A stretch of 64,000 nt of DNA from Eledone cirrhosa (lineage: Eukaryota): contig OZ024750.1 of the NCBI GenBank assembly GCA_964016885.1, forward strand, positions 40,982,001 through 41,046,000, written 5' to 3'. The position numbers were made by a program, and so were the translations under genes. This document shows, in pieces, positions 63,301 to 64,000 of this stretch; within the stretch, counting starts at the first letter, position 1, and every line of letters starts with the position of its first letter. The notes beneath the pieces were generated by a model. That model saw only the letters and a list, made by a program, of their open reading frames with translations, was not told the DNA's origin and did not search any database.

Positions 63301-64000
63301 AGACTGGCAGAGGAGGTAAGACCTAACCTCAAATTGCTAAGACTGGCAGAAGTGGTAAGACCTAACCTCAAATTGCTAAGACTGGCAGAAGTGGTAAGAC
63401 CTAACCTCAAATTGCTAAGACTGGCAGATGTGGTAAGACCTAACCTCAATTTGCTAAGACTGGCAGAGGAGGTAAGACCTAACCTCAAATTTCTAAGACT
63501 GGCAGAAGTGGTAAGACCTAACCTCAAATTGCTAAGACTGGCAGAAGTGGTAAGACCTAACCTCAAATTGCTAAGACTGGCAGAGGTGGTAAGACCTAAC
63601 CTCAAATTGCTAAGACTGGCAGAGGTGGTAAGACCTAACCTCAAATTGCTAAGAGTGGCAGAGGTGGTAAGACCTAACCTCAAATTGTTAAGAGTGGCAG
63701 AAGTGATAAGACCAAACCTCAAATTGCTAAGACTGGCAGAAGTGGTAAGACCTAACCTCAAATTGTTAAGACTGGCAGAGGTGGTAAGACCTAACCTCAA
63801 ATTGCTAAGATTGACAGAAGTGGTAAGACCTAACCTCAAATTGCTAAGACTGGCAGAGGTGGTAAGACCTAACCTCAAATTGCTAAGACTGGCAGAAGTG
63901 GTAAGACCTAACCTCAAATTGCTAAGACTGACAGAAGTGGTAAGATCTAACCTCAAATTGCTAAGACTGGCAGAGGTGGTAAGACCTAACCTCAAATTGC
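15349..64000 (+). repeat. 39-bp satellite of at least 48.6 kb, about 1,250 head-to-tail monomers (GCAGA(A/G)GTGGTAAGACCTAACCTCAAATTGCTAAGACTG), continuing past the window
   Basis: Continuous single-orientation array, typically 0-3 substitutions per monomer and rare 1-bp indels; no inserted elements seen. Confidence 0.99.

Noticed and set aside
15198-63995. Long LRR-like ORFs on both strands (LKLLRLAEVVRPN / LSNLRLGLTTSAS)
   Set aside because: They follow from a 39-bp stop-free unit inherited from a LINE frame. Stops (e.g. 19165, 23367, 50391) and frameshifts are freely amplified, the seed fragment is itself pseudogenised, and a 13-aa period is too short for an LRR.
15349-64000. CRISPR array or telomeric repeat (CCTAACCT resembles TTAGG/TTAGGG)
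   Set aside because: There are no unique spacers or cas genes and the context is eukaryotic. The telomere-like word is a single short match per monomer lying within LINE-derived codons.

Overview
Eukaryotic, gene-free, repeat-saturated window, probably from an octopus or other coleoid cephalopod; this is inferred from the SINE and RTE families, not proven. Bases 1-15.2 kb are a mosaic of Tc1/mariner, hAT and piggyBac-like non-autonomous DNA transposons, two tRNA-derived SINE families, two 5'-truncated RTE LINE fragments, several mini- and microsatellites, one apparently full-length RTE LINE with an intact endonuclease-RT-PHD ORF (10516-13770, minus strand), and a palindromic Penelope-like element carrying a minimal hammerhead ribozyme (about 14559-14624, minus strand). 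From 15349 to the window end lies a single satellite of at least 48.6 kb, about 1,250 copies of a 39-bp monomer. The main observation is that this satellite grows in frame out of a decayed RTE LINE coding fragment (…ERRLHWYGHV…RKSW|AEVVRPNLKLLRL|AEVVRPNLKLLRL…), so its birth junction is preserved. The array has higher-order blocks and a layered structure in which the two outer parts share variants absent from the middle. Three other tandem arrays in the window also arose inside transposons. The long repetitive ORFs in the ORF track are by-products of repeats with periods divisible by 3 and are not called as genes.
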